From a bacterium (GTDB lineage: Archaea; Nanobdellota; Nanobdellia; Pacearchaeales; GW2011-AR1), in the NCBI GenBank assembly GCA_036833455.1, contig DAITPU010000002.1, positions 16,812 to 80,811 of the forward strand: a stretch of 64,000 bases of DNA, in the 5' to 3' direction. Under the pieces are notes generated by a model. The model was not told where the DNA came from. It searched no databases and saw only the letters and a list, made by a program, of their open reading frames with translations. Shown here in pieces: positions 50,132-58,634 of this stretch. A program made the position numbers and the translations under genes. Position 1 is the first letter of the stretch; each line of letters starts with the position of its first letter.

Positions 50132-50246
50132 TAAAATGAAATGCGCCGGAATGTTCGCACTCCTGTCGTCAAAACATTTGTAATGGAGGATGTCAGAAGA
50201 TACCCAGATTCGAAGTTATCATCCCGCCTAAAATGAAATGCGCCGG
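50132..50246. repeat. 18-bp perfect direct repeat (taaaatgaaatgcgccgg) at 50132-50149 and 50229-50246 with degenerate T-arm-like copy between
   Basis: Second copy contains last 8 nt of tRNA-Gly plus 10 nt trailer; 79-nt spacer carries GGAGUGCGAACAUUCCGGCGCA resembling the tRNA T-arm/acceptor. Confidence 0.6.
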
Positions 50247-50310
50247 CCGGGATTCGAACCCGGGTCAACTGGGTGGAAGCCAATTATACTAACCACTATA
50301 CTACCGACGC
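50239..50310 (-). tRNA. tRNA-Gly (anticodon TCC)
   Basis: Cloverleaf: acceptor GCGUCGG/CCGGCGC (one G-U), anticodon stem AUUGG/CCAGU loop CUUCCAC, T-arm CCGGG-UUCGAAU-CCCGG. Confidence 0.75.
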
Positions 50311-50395
50311 CTATACTTATTTTTTGATGGCTTATTTAATAAACCTTACTATTTTGGTTAATAAGATTTATTAATAAGTTTTATTTGTTTTATAT

Positions 50396-50869
50396 ATGGA
50401 TAAAAAGAAAACCTTTCTTTTTCTTGAATTAATTATTTTTTTCTCAATGGGAATTATTACTTTTTTAGAAATTATTAAATTTGAATTATTTGAAAAGACA
50501 TTTAGTTTTTTACAACCATATATCGGTTGGTTTATAGGACTTAGTTTTGGTTTTGTTTTTTTAGGTTTTCTTAATACCCTAACAAGGAAATTTAAAATAG
50601 GCCTTATTGAAAAAAGAAAAGAATATTTTTCTATATTTCTTATAAATTTATGTCTTTCTTTTACTCTCGTTACATTCATAAAGGTTATTGCAATTTCTTT
50701 TTTTAGTAAATTTTTTATTTATTTTCATGTTCTTTTTTTGCAATGGATTTTAATTTTATATGTGATGTTTAAATTAAAAAATAATTACGAAATTTCTCAA
50801 AATTATTTAATAATAAATGAGTTGATTGTTCTTTTTTATACGGTTATAATTATGATTTTTGTGCTTTAA
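50396..50869 (+). CDS. Hypothetical membrane protein (overlaps an alternative minus-strand ORF)
   Basis: 157 aa with 4 hydrophobic helices; very AT-rich, weak support. Confidence 0.3.
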   Translation: MDKKKTFLFLELIIFFSMGIITFLEIIKFELFEKTFSFLQPYIGWFIGLSFGFVFLGFLNTLTRKFKIGLIEKRKEYFSIFLINLCLSFTLVTFIKVIAISFFSKFFIYFHVLFLQWILILYVMFKLKNNYEISQNYLIINELIVLFYTVIIMIFVL

Positions 50870-50870
50870 T

Positions 50871-50945
50871 GCCCGGGACAGGATTTGAACCTGCGACTTC
50901 CACCTTAGGAGGGTGGCACTCTAATCCAGGCTGAGTTACCCGAGC
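50871..50945 (-). tRNA. tRNA-Arg (anticodon CCT)
   Basis: Acceptor GCUCGGG/CCCGGGC, anticodon stem CCACC/GGUGG loop CUCCUAA, T-arm GCAGG-UUCAAAU-CCUGU. Confidence 0.8.
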
Positions 50946-50958
50946 AAGTTTGTTTTAT

Positions 50959-51040
50959 GCAAGGGACAGGATTCGAACCTGCGTAGGCATACACCACTGG
51001 AGCCTTAATCCAGCCCATTTGACCACTCTGGCACCCCTGC
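50959..51040 (-). tRNA. tRNA-Leu type II; anticodon loop UUAAGGC reads as AAG (unusual)
   Basis: Acceptor GCAGGGG/CCCUUGC, D-loop GAGUGGUCAAA, anticodon stem CUGGA/UCCAG, variable arm GGUGUAUGCC, T-arm GCAGG-UUCGAAU-CCUGU. Confidence 0.7.
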
Positions 51041-51104
51041 ATATTAACATTATAGAAAAAGAGCAGTATAAAAAACTTTATAAATGAAACATTACCTTTA
51101 ATTT

Positions 51105-51221
51105 TGAAGACGGCCATAGTAGGTTGGAAACACCTGTTCCCTTTCCGAACACAGAAGTTAAGCTTCCTACGTTGTTGGCAAGTAGTGTCCGACAAGACGC
51201 GAAACCTTCAAGTCGTCTTTC
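51105..51221 (+). rRNA. rrf: 5S rRNA
   Basis: GACGGCCAUAG...CACCUGUUCCCUUUCCGAACACAGAAGUUAAGC...GUAGUGU 5S consensus; helix I between 51106-51113 and 51213-51219. Confidence 0.8.
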
Positions 51222-51963
51222 ACCCTTTTAATTTTGAAAATTTATTTAATATTTTTAGGTAATCTTTATTTATTCCTTCTAATCTGAAGATTACAACTTT
51301 TTTGAATCCTGTCTTTTTTATAAATTCTAAATCTTTTTCTAAATTCTCTGGAGAAAGAATGGGCTCATTTCCCAAGATCCCTATTGCAATTGTTCCCAAA
51401 GATATTGAATAGTTTGATTTACTATTTAATTTTATCAGATTTTTCTTAACAAGACTATTTATTCTTCTTTTCATCATACTAGAATACCACATTATACTTC
51501 TCTCATAATCAATATTATAATTCAATCCCATGATCCTCATAAATTTTGAAATAAAAATAAAAGGATATTCCGCAGTAGTTATTCTTCTTTTATTTTTCTC
51601 TAGAAAATGTTTTATCAATTTCTTATTTTTTCTAAATGAAAAAAAATTCTTAAAATACATTTTCCACCTTTTTCTTAAGGGCAACTCCAAATCAATTAAA
51701 AGGTGATTTCTGATTGTGTTTAATTCTTCGAACAATTCTGACAAATCCTTATTATTTGAAAAAGGGGATATCCAATAAGAATTTTTAATTATTGGCCAAT
51801 AGGCTACCTCTAAATCTTTTTTATATGACTTTGCCATTTTTTCATGGCGTTGAAATTCTTCTAGAGATTTTGCTGCAATAAAGATTTTGGTTGGAAATTT
51901 TATTGTTTTGAGTTTCTTAAGGTTTTTTTCATTTGGAAACTCTTCATAAAATTCTATTTCCAT
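51220..51963 (-). CDS. Hypothetical protein
   Basis: 247-aa ORF, no family recognised. Confidence 0.4.
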   Translation of the reverse strand: MEIEFYEEFPNEKNLKKLKTIKFPTKIFIAAKSLEEFQRHEKMAKSYKKDLEVAYWPIIKNSYWISPFSNNKDLSELFEELNTIRNHLLIDLELPLRKRWKMYFKNFFSFRKNKKLIKHFLEKNKRRITTAEYPFIFISKFMRIMGLNYNIDYERSIMWYSSMMKRRINSLVKKNLIKLNSKSNYSISLGTIAIGILGNEPILSPENLEKDLEFIKKTGFKKVVIFRLEGINKDYLKILNKFSKLKG

Positions 51964-51987
51964 AAGAAGATAAATCCAAAAAGGTAT

Positions 51988-52185
51988 TTAAGACTTTTTG
52001 AATTTAGAAACAAGTTCAATCGTGTCAGCTTGGCCTAAAAAAACACTTCTGCAACAAAATCTCTCCAATCCTAAATCATCCAAAACTGATTTTTTAGATT
52101 CTCCTTCAGAAGTTCTCTTTTTGAATTCTTCCCAAAGGTGACCAATAGGTTTTCCACAAGAAAAACATCTAACTGGAATTATCAT
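51988..52185 (-). CDS. rpoN: DNA-directed RNA polymerase subunit N (Rpb10)
   Basis: MIIPVRCFSCGKPIG...LGLERFCCRSVFL canonical RpoN. Confidence 0.85.
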   Translation of the reverse strand: MIIPVRCFSCGKPIGHLWEEFKKRTSEGESKKSVLDDLGLERFCCRSVFLGQADTIELVSKFKKS

Positions 52186-52297
52186 ATTATAGTTCGCAAT
52201 TATGAGTTTTTAAAAGTTGTGTTTATCCAAAAGTTGGCATTTTATTTACATAAATATTTAAAAACTAAAAGAAATTCAAAATGAGGTGAGGTGAAAA

Positions 52298-52465
52298 ATG
52301 TCCAAAAAATGTATTTATTGTAAAACTGCCATTTCGGATGACAGCGTTATCGATTTTTGTGATAGATGCGGAACACGTGTTTGGGGAGACAAGATGTTCA
52401 AAGCAATAGTTGATAACATGGAATCTGCTAGGAATAATGGGGACCTTTGTCATTCTCGAAATTAA
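52298..52465 (+). CDS. Small zinc-ribbon protein (55 aa, below ORF-track cutoff)
   Basis: MSKKCIYCKTAISDDSVIDFCDRCGTRVWG... two CxxC pairs; GGTGAGGTGA SD-like sequence upstream. Confidence 0.35.
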   Translation: MSKKCIYCKTAISDDSVIDFCDRCGTRVWGDKMFKAIVDNMESARNNGDLCHSRN

Positions 52466-52523
52466 ACCTTTCTTTTTATTTCTAAAAGAGAAGTTTTTTA
52501 AAGGGGCTTTTTTTCAGTTAATC

Positions 52524-52778
52524 ATGGTAATGAGAAAGCAAATTAGAACTAGGGGAAAGATTCCTTTAAGTAAATATTTTCAAAAACTTGAGAAAGGAGA
52601 TAGTGTTGCAGTTGTTTTAGAGAGATCCTTGACCTCTAACGTTCCAAAAAGAATGCAAGGAAGAACAGGAGTTATTAAGGGGAAACAAGGAGATTTTCAG
52701 GTAGTAAACTTAAAAGATCAATCTAAAGAAAAAACATATTTAATTCATCCAGTACACTTAAAAAAAATAAAACAATAA
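52524..52778 (+). CDS. rpl21e: Ribosomal protein eL21
   Basis: MRKQIRTRGKIPLSKYFQKLEKGDSVAV...RMQGRTGVIKG matches L21e; start trimmed to internal Met. Confidence 0.8.
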   Translation: MVMRKQIRTRGKIPLSKYFQKLEKGDSVAVVLERSLTSNVPKRMQGRTGVIKGKQGDFQVVNLKDQSKEKTYLIHPVHLKKIKQ

Positions 52779-52779
52779 A

Positions 52780-53079
52780 ATGATAAAATCAAGACAACCT
52801 TTAAGCTTTCCGGAATCATTAGAATATATTAAAGATTCTAGTAGTAACGAAGTTAAAACATTTATAAAGAGTTTTAATATCCTTAGTGCTAAGGAAGGAA
52901 AAGAACTTAGAGAAAAAATTAGGAAATTAAATATCCTTAAATTGAATGAAAATTCAATAACTAAGATAATTGATCTTCTTCCAGATAGTAAAGAAGAACT
53001 TCAAAAAATAACTCAACAAATAAACCTTGATGAAAACGAGATCAACCATGTTTTGGACACAATTAAACAATATAAATAA
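52780..53079 (+). CDS. rpoF: RNA polymerase subunit F (Rpb4-like)
   Basis: C-terminal KIIDLLPDSKEELQKI...NHVLDTIKQYK resembles archaeal RpoF (LVDLLPED...IIKVIDEYR); conserved L21e-RpoF-DUF655 neighbourhood. Confidence 0.55.
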   Translation: MIKSRQPLSFPESLEYIKDSSSNEVKTFIKSFNILSAKEGKELREKIRKLNILKLNENSITKIIDLLPDSKEELQKITQQINLDENEINHVLDTIKQYK

Positions 53080-53084
53080 AGAAA

Positions 53085-53618
53085 ATGAAAGAAGATTATG
53101 CAGTAATACTCGAATATTTGCCAAACGGTTATCCTTTGGAGAAAAAAAGAATGCCTATAGCTCAAGCTATTGGTAAAAACAATTTTACTCTTCTAGAATT
53201 AGTACCTAGGAGAGGAGAAGCACTTGAGATTGGAGAAGAAGTCTACATCGGAGAGGGTAAGAGAGATAAAGTTTATTATATCCTCGGAAGACTTAAGAGA
53301 GAAAAACTTACTGAAGCTGGAAAAAATCAACTTCAAGAAGTAATATCTAAGGTTGTGAAAGAACAAGAAGAAAAACTTATAAAGTTTTTTAATGAATCTC
53401 TTGCAATAAATAAAAGACTTCACCAGATTGAGCTTTTACCTGGAATCGGAAAAAAGCACATGCAAGAAATTTTGCGTGTAAGGGAAGAAAAACCTTTCAC
53501 TTCATTTCAAGAAATGAAAGAAAGAATTTCTAATCTTCCGGATCCTGAAAAAGCAGTTGAAAAACGGATATTTCAAGAATTAACAAATATGGAAAGATAT
53601 AATCTATTTACAAAATGA
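53085..53618 (+). CDS. DUF655-family putative RNA-binding protein
   Basis: AVILEYLPNGYP..., LELVPRRGEALEIGEEVY and HhH-like LLPGIGKK; conserved partner of rpoF. Confidence 0.55.
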   Translation: MKEDYAVILEYLPNGYPLEKKRMPIAQAIGKNNFTLLELVPRRGEALEIGEEVYIGEGKRDKVYYILGRLKREKLTEAGKNQLQEVISKVVKEQEEKLIKFFNESLAINKRLHQIELLPGIGKKHMQEILRVREEKPFTSFQEMKERISNLPDPEKAVEKRIFQELTNMERYNLFTK

Positions 53619-54124
53619 AAAAACAAGAAGAACCTAAAAAAAATGAAAAAGTGGCAAGGCCTGAAAATGTTAGGCCAGCCGTTAAGCAAGAGTATAAAGA
53701 TAGAGTTGTAAGAATTCTTTCTAAAGATATAGAGGGTAAAACAAAGGTTTATGCCGGCTTAACAAAAATAAAAGGAGTTTCTTGGTCTATCTCTAATGCA
53801 ACTTGTAAAAAATTGAATATTCCTGAATCAAAAAAAATAGGAGAACTTAGTGAAACTGAAATAAAAAAAATAGAATCTTTTTTAAAAAATCCAGAGATTC
53901 CAAGGTATTTATACAATAGAAAAAATGATTTTGAAAGTGGAAAAGAAAATCATATGGTTGGAACTGATTTAGAATTGAAAAGTGAGTTTGATATAAAAAG
54001 ATTAAAAAAAATAAGAAGTTATAGGGGAATAAGGCACACTCTTAAATTGCCTTTGAGAGGTCAAAGAACTAAATCTAATTTCAGACCTAATAGAAGGAAA
54101 GGATCTGGGATAAAAAAGAAATAA
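53615..54124 (+). CDS. rps13: Ribosomal protein uS13
   Basis: GIRHTLKLPLRGQRTKSNFRPNRRKGSG C-terminus. Confidence 0.85.
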   Translation: MKKQEEPKKNEKVARPENVRPAVKQEYKDRVVRILSKDIEGKTKVYAGLTKIKGVSWSISNATCKKLNIPESKKIGELSETEIKKIESFLKNPEIPRYLYNRKNDFESGKENHMVGTDLELKSEFDIKRLKKIRSYRGIRHTLKLPLRGQRTKSNFRPNRRKGSGIKKK

Positions 54125-54125
54125 A

Positions 54126-54608
54126 ATGAAAAGAAAACACAAACAATATTCAAGACCAAAAAGACCATTTGATAAAGCTAGAATCGAAGAAGAAGCTGAA
54201 ATTAAAAAGAAATACGGACTAAAAAATAAAAAAGAAATTTGGAAATCTGATGCTAAAGTTAGATTTATAAGAAGAAAGGCTAAAAAATTAATTAAAGCAA
54301 GTTCCGAGGATCAAAAAGCACTTTTTATTCAACTTCAAAAAATTGGGCTTAAGGTCAATTCAATTGCAGAAGCGTTAAGTTTGGATAAAACAGATTATTT
54401 GAATAGAAGATTACAAACAATAGTTTATGAAAAAAAATTAGCTCCTACTGTTAAAACAGCTAGACAAATGATTGTGCATAAAAAAATTTTAGTTAATGGA
54501 AAAACAGTTAGCGTCCCCTCTTACATCGTGCCTGTTGAATTTGAAGATAGTATTTCAATAAAAAAACAAAATAAAAAAGGAGTGAAAGAACATGCCAAAG
54601 AAGAGTGA
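54126..54608 (+). CDS. rps4: Ribosomal protein uS4
   Basis: YSRPKRPFDKARIEEE N-terminus and S4 domain. Confidence 0.85.
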   Translation: MKRKHKQYSRPKRPFDKARIEEEAEIKKKYGLKNKKEIWKSDAKVRFIRRKAKKLIKASSEDQKALFIQLQKIGLKVNSIAEALSLDKTDYLNRRLQTIVYEKKLAPTVKTARQMIVHKKILVNGKTVSVPSYIVPVEFEDSISIKKQNKKGVKEHAKEE

Positions 54609-55056
54609 GGAAATTGTTGAAGAAATTGTTGAAGAAAGCACAGAAGAAATAAAAAATGTTTCTAAAAAACCTGTTGCTAGCAAAGAATCTGAAGCAATAA
54701 TTAATATTTATACTTCATTCAATAATACAATTGCGCATGTTACAGATATGGCTGGAAAAACCATAACTAAAGTTTCTGGAGGGATGGTTACAAAACATAG
54801 TCGATTAAAAGCAAATCCTACTGTTGCTATGTTTATCTCTAAAAGAATTTCGGAAGAAGTTAAGGATTTGGGAATTAAGGCTTTTTATATTCGAATTAGA
54901 GCTAAGACTAGAAATCCGGGCCCTGGACCAGGAGCAAATACAATAGTTAAAAGTCTTACTAGGGAAGGATTTAAAATTTTAAACATACTTGATACAACTA
55001 GGATACCTCGAGGAGGACCAAAAAAGAAAGGGGGGCGTAGAGGTAGAAGGCCATAA
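54592..55056 (+). CDS. rps11: Ribosomal protein uS11
   Basis: S11 core (INIYTSFNNTIAHVTDMAG...) with acidic N-terminal extension. Confidence 0.85.
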   Translation: MPKKSEEIVEEIVEESTEEIKNVSKKPVASKESEAIINIYTSFNNTIAHVTDMAGKTITKVSGGMVTKHSRLKANPTVAMFISKRISEEVKDLGIKAFYIRIRAKTRNPGPGPGANTIVKSLTREGFKILNILDTTRIPRGGPKKKGGRRGRRP

Positions 55057-55087
55057 GCCTTAAATAACTAAAAAAACAAAAAGTAAA

Positions 55088-55798
55088 ATGGAAATTATAA
55101 AAAAAACAGATGAAAAATTAGTTTTTTCTGCAAATGTGGGAATTGAATTGGCTAATGCAATTAGAAGAAGTGTTTCGGAAATCTCTACAATTGCTATTGA
55201 TGAATTAGAAATTTCAAAAAATGATTCTGCTTTATACGATGAAACTATTGCTCATAGGATTGGCTTGATTCCTCTCAAAATGGATAAGAGCTACAAAGAA
55301 GGAGAAAGTTTTAATTTAAAATTAAGCTCCAATAAAAAAGGATTTGTTTATTCTGGGGATTTAAAGGGAGATGTTGAAGTTGTATTCGATAAAATACCCA
55401 TAACTCTTCTTGAAGAAAATCAAGAAATAAAATTAAAGTGTAAAACTAAAATTGGAACAGGAAAAGAACACTCTAAATTCAGTCCTGGTTTTATAAGTTA
55501 TAGAGAATCTTTAGAATTAAGCATGGATAAAATCTTTGAAGAAGAATTGCGAAGAGTTTTTCCAGATATTGAAATTAAGAAAAAAGGTGAAAAGATTTTG
55601 GTTTATGATAAAGGAGAGAGATCTATTGTAGATTTTTGTGAGGGAATTAGCACTAAAAATAAAAAAGAATTTTCAGCTAAAGAAAATGGAGAAATGATTT
55701 TTGTTATTGAATCTTTTGGTCAAATGAAAGCAGAAGAAATTTTTAAAAAATCTGTTGAAGTTTTAGAAAAAAATTTGAAGAAAATAAAATTAAAATAA
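55088..55798 (+). CDS. rpoD: DNA-directed RNA polymerase subunit D (Rpb3-like), no Cys-rich insert
   Basis: Follows S13-S4-S11 as in archaea; Rpb3 fold sequence (ELANAIRRS..., HRIGLIPLK). Confidence 0.7.
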   Translation: MEIIKKTDEKLVFSANVGIELANAIRRSVSEISTIAIDELEISKNDSALYDETIAHRIGLIPLKMDKSYKEGESFNLKLSSNKKGFVYSGDLKGDVEVVFDKIPITLLEENQEIKLKCKTKIGTGKEHSKFSPGFISYRESLELSMDKIFEEELRRVFPDIEIKKKGEKILVYDKGERSIVDFCEGISTKNKKEFSAKENGEMIFVIESFGQMKAEEIFKKSVEVLEKNLKKIKLK

Positions 55799-55901
55799 TT
55801 CTTTTTTTTTTTCTTTTAAGAGTATGGTTGTTTTTTTGCAGTTCTTTTTGAAAAAAAATATCTTCAAATCTTTTTAGGGATAGGAAGATATTTTCGTAAT
55901 T

Positions 55902-56075
55902 TTTACTCCTTTCTTCTTTTTTGGAAAAGAGATTTGATCCCAATTCCTATGATTAGAAAAAAAGACACGATTCCTCCTACTGCTAGAAAGAATCCTTCCC
56001 ATTTTACTACCTTGATCACCCAATAAAGGAAAATCAAAATGGCAATGAGAATTAGGAAAAAGGTTAGTGTGCTCA
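55902..56075 (-). CDS. Small (57 aa) membrane protein, not in ORF track
   Basis: rc translation MSTLTFFLILIAILIFLYWVIKVVKWEGFFLAVGGIVSFFLIIGIGIKSLFQKRRKE. Confidence 0.25.
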
Positions 56076-56090
56076 TTGTTTTTGTTTTTT

Positions 56091-56477
56091 TTAGTTAAAG
56101 GTTTTCTTTCCCCAGAATTGTCCGAGAACTATTCCAAGAATAAGTGCTAAAAAGGAAACTAGGATGCTTCTGAAAATGATTCCTTCTTTTAGTCCCAATA
56201 ATATGAAAACTACCATACAGATTGCGGCCATGCTTATCCAAATATACCAAAAAAAGGCTATCAGGAATCCTTCCGTTCCAAGAGGATAATCTCTTTTTAG
56301 GATGAAGGCAATTATTCCTGCAAGAGATATTCCTGTAAGAATGTATGGCCAGACATTAGGATCCTTTGAGAGATCTTCTGTTCCCCCAAAAACATTTAAG
56401 GCAAAAAGTATGCCAAAAATAAATAATAAAGCAAGTTCTTTTTTCATAGTTGTGATTTTTGTTTTTTTGTTTGACAT
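56091..56477 (-). CDS. Small membrane protein, first gene downstream of repeat element copy A
   Basis: 128 aa, 3-4 TM; higher-GC codon usage than left part of window. Confidence 0.45.
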   Translation of the reverse strand: MSNKKTKITTMKKELALLFIFGILFALNVFGGTEDLSKDPNVWPYILTGISLAGIIAFILKRDYPLGTEGFLIAFFWYIWISMAAICMVVFILLGLKEGIIFRSILVSFLALILGIVLGQFWGKKTFN

Positions 56478-56487
56478 TAAAAAATAA

Positions 56488-56548
56488 ATAGCACTCGCAT
56501 CATAGCAGTGCTCTTACCAACTTCGCTTGTCGTTCTCAATTAAGAGTT
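56488..56548. repeat. Structured intergenic repeat element, copy A (~60 nt)
   Basis: ATAGCACTCGCATCATAGCAGTGCTCTTACCAACTTCGCTTGTCGTTCTCAATTAAGAGTT; near-identical to copies at 59405, 61482, 62924. Confidence 0.75.
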
Positions 56549-56558
56549 TGGAAATTCT

Positions 56559-58040
56559 TTATTCTATCTGGATAAACATTGTTTGTATTGATCCAGATGT
56601 AGCCGTTATAGGAGTTCCAGCCGGAACAAAGATGACTGCCACATAGCTTCCCGGAAGGGCAACATAATTCCCTCCGTACAGATTTGCTGCAGCATACATC
56701 TCTTGGGCCTTTGTAGTCAGGGCCGGAACACCGCCTAAGGGCAGTCCATTCCATTGGGGTACATCAAAAAGCCATAGGGCTTGTTGCAAATCCCACCAGG
56801 AGTACGACCCAAAATAATCCAGGTGATTATAAAGCCAATTTATTTTCTTCCACCTTTCTTCCCCCCGAGCGAACAGCGGCAACTTGTCTTGATACAGCGA
56901 TGAGTACACATCCATGTTATACGCCACTCCTATGTAAATTAAAGTGGAGTGATCGGCGCAATTGGAAGGATATACTCCATTTTGCAAAATATATCCCGTC
57001 GGTATATTGCTCAATGTTGCATCCACATACCCCCCCATTGTGGATGGTTGAGCAGTAATGGTGTATGTGCACGTGGAGGGCAAATTCATATACTCCGGGA
57101 TTATTACGTCCGGCGGAGTGGCAGGATCATAGCATCCTCCTAAAACAAAATCAACTACTCCGTCGTTTCCTTGAGGAATGTTGGATACATCGTTAAAGGA
57201 AAATTCTTTGAATAGGACATATCCGAACGTTGTTCCTGTCTTCACATAGATGAAGAGTTTAAAGATAAATTCCTCATTTTCATCTAGATAATCTCCATAA
57301 TTCACTGCTAGCTTTTCTCCCTGGACGGAATTCAGAAAAGTGTTCTGCAATACTCCGTTTCTCCACACCTCGACTTTAAATATCGCCGGTACATCGATAT
57401 ACGGTCCGGGGGAAAGACTCCAATTTGCTTGCTGAGAATATAAAGACCCCACGTATTCCGACTTATTTCTGATACAGAAATTTCCGAAAAACCACTGCTC
57501 GCGGATAACCACCTGGTTTAACTGGAAGTACACAAACCCGAAATTTGCGTGGGTTGCAGGATCATAACAAGCAACATCCATTTTGAGTTCATTTTTTTTG
57601 TCTGTGGATACTTGAAAAGTTTTTTCCAAAGGTGTCGTGACGTAGCCGGCAAACGCGCTTCCAATATGAGGTGTAGCAAATATTAAAACATCATCACCCA
57701 AATTATTTGGTGTGTTGTTGTTGTTATACACAAGGAATTCACTTATGAGGTGTGTTCCGGCAGGTAATTTTATTGAGGATGTGTATTTGTTCCCCCCTAC
57801 ATTAAAAATCGGAATCTCCTGAAAATTCCCCTGGTTTATTCTCAACCGGACATAATCCGCTCTCAAACCAGAGCAGATGACAGTATCGATCTTTGTGATT
57901 GGGCCAGATTTCTGAGAAAGGTTATTAGTTCTGTTCTCCACTTCAATTGAAACTTCAAAAAGTTCTGAAAGTGGAGTATCTTCCTTTTTGCATCCAAAAA
58001 GCAAAAGGAATGGAACAAGCAAAAAAAGTTTTGTTTTCAT
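56559..58040 (-). CDS. Lipoprotein with bacterial-type lipobox (LLLFGC), 493 aa, unknown function
   Basis: MKTKLFLLVPFLLLFGCKKED signal/lipobox; GC-richer codon usage; conserved start-proximal motif AAAAAACTTTTAACAC-ATG. Confidence 0.55.
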   Translation of the reverse strand: MKTKLFLLVPFLLLFGCKKEDTPLSELFEVSIEVENRTNNLSQKSGPITKIDTVICSGLRADYVRLRINQGNFQEIPIFNVGGNKYTSSIKLPAGTHLISEFLVYNNNNTPNNLGDDVLIFATPHIGSAFAGYVTTPLEKTFQVSTDKKNELKMDVACYDPATHANFGFVYFQLNQVVIREQWFFGNFCIRNKSEYVGSLYSQQANWSLSPGPYIDVPAIFKVEVWRNGVLQNTFLNSVQGEKLAVNYGDYLDENEEFIFKLFIYVKTGTTFGYVLFKEFSFNDVSNIPQGNDGVVDFVLGGCYDPATPPDVIIPEYMNLPSTCTYTITAQPSTMGGYVDATLSNIPTGYILQNGVYPSNCADHSTLIYIGVAYNMDVYSSLYQDKLPLFARGEERWKKINWLYNHLDYFGSYSWWDLQQALWLFDVPQWNGLPLGGVPALTTKAQEMYAAANLYGGNYVALPGSYVAVIFVPAGTPITATSGSIQTMFIQIE

Positions 58041-58182
58041 GTGTTAAAAGTTTTTTGTGAAAAGGATTAAAACTCTTCTGCAACATAGACTTAACTTACT
58101 AAATTCCGTCACAGTGGTTCCCTATTTTTTTATAGCGATTGGATTCAACGCTCACAATTTCTTCTCAATTAAGAGTAAAGAG

Positions 58183-58212
58183 GTTGGCGACGAGATTCGA
58201 ACTCGTACCTTT
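58183..58212 (-). other. tRNA 3'-half-like fragment (T-arm + acceptor 3' strand), no 5' half found
   Basis: rc GGUACGAG-UUCGAAU-CUCGU-CGCCAACC; upstream sequence does not fold into D/anticodon arms. Confidence 0.35.
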
Positions 58213-58304
58213 TCTTCTCTCCGTGCGTGGGATCTCTGCCGTAAAAAGAAAAACGCTAGGGAGGAAGAGAGAAGAAAACTTCTACTTAAAATACGCCAAC
58301 CATT

Positions 58305-58634
58305 TCAATCACATAAATTCACCCTGTTCTTTTCATCCTCTTCTTTCATTCTGGATATCCAGCCCGAAAGAGGAGAAAGTTCTGAATCTAAAACCATCTT
58401 ATGATCCGCACGATAAAGAATAATTCTGCCACATTTGCAGAATTTTATCCTGTCGTCGTACCAATCTGTTCTGGAATTTGCCTTTCTTCCAGACCGAACT
58501 AGGACTTTTAGTCCGTCCGGGTCGGAAACTTCATAGTATGTTTTTGATCCTTGGTTCTCAAAAACAAACCTTATTTTCCGAATTGAATACTTCATTGGAT
58601 CTCCAATCCTAACACACTCTTTTAAAATATTCAT
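58305..58634 (-). CDS. Hypothetical protein (island)
   Basis: 109-aa ORF, overlaps next gene start/stop (operon-like). Confidence 0.4.
   Translation of the reverse strand: MNILKECVRIGDPMKYSIRKIRFVFENQGSKTYYEVSDPDGLKVLVRSGRKANSRTDWYDDRIKFCKCGRIILYRADHKMVLDSELSPLSGWISRMKEEDEKNRVNLCD

Noticed and set aside
50371-50679. 102-aa minus-strand ORF overlapping plus-strand membrane ORF 50396..50869
   Set aside because: Only one can be real; neither has strong support. The plus-strand one has clearer TM helices, so the minus one is dropped.
50905-51195. 96-aa minus-strand ORF
   Set aside because: Entirely overlaps tRNA-Arg, tRNA-Leu and the 5S rRNA; GC-rich because of the RNA genes, not coding
56536-56754. 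72-aa minus-strand ORF
   Set aside because: Lies inside and out of frame with the 493-aa lipoprotein gene 56559..58040
58182-58300. Possible intron-containing tRNA using GUUGGCG at 58294-58300 as 5' acceptor strand
   Set aside because: Intervening 100 nt cannot be folded into D and anticodon arms and no BHB motif is evident; treated as orphan 3' fragment instead
58100-58300. tmRNA (T-arm + acceptor resembling tmRNA 3' end)
   Set aside because: No matching 5' acceptor/pseudoknot region or tag reading frame; region too short and occupied by other features
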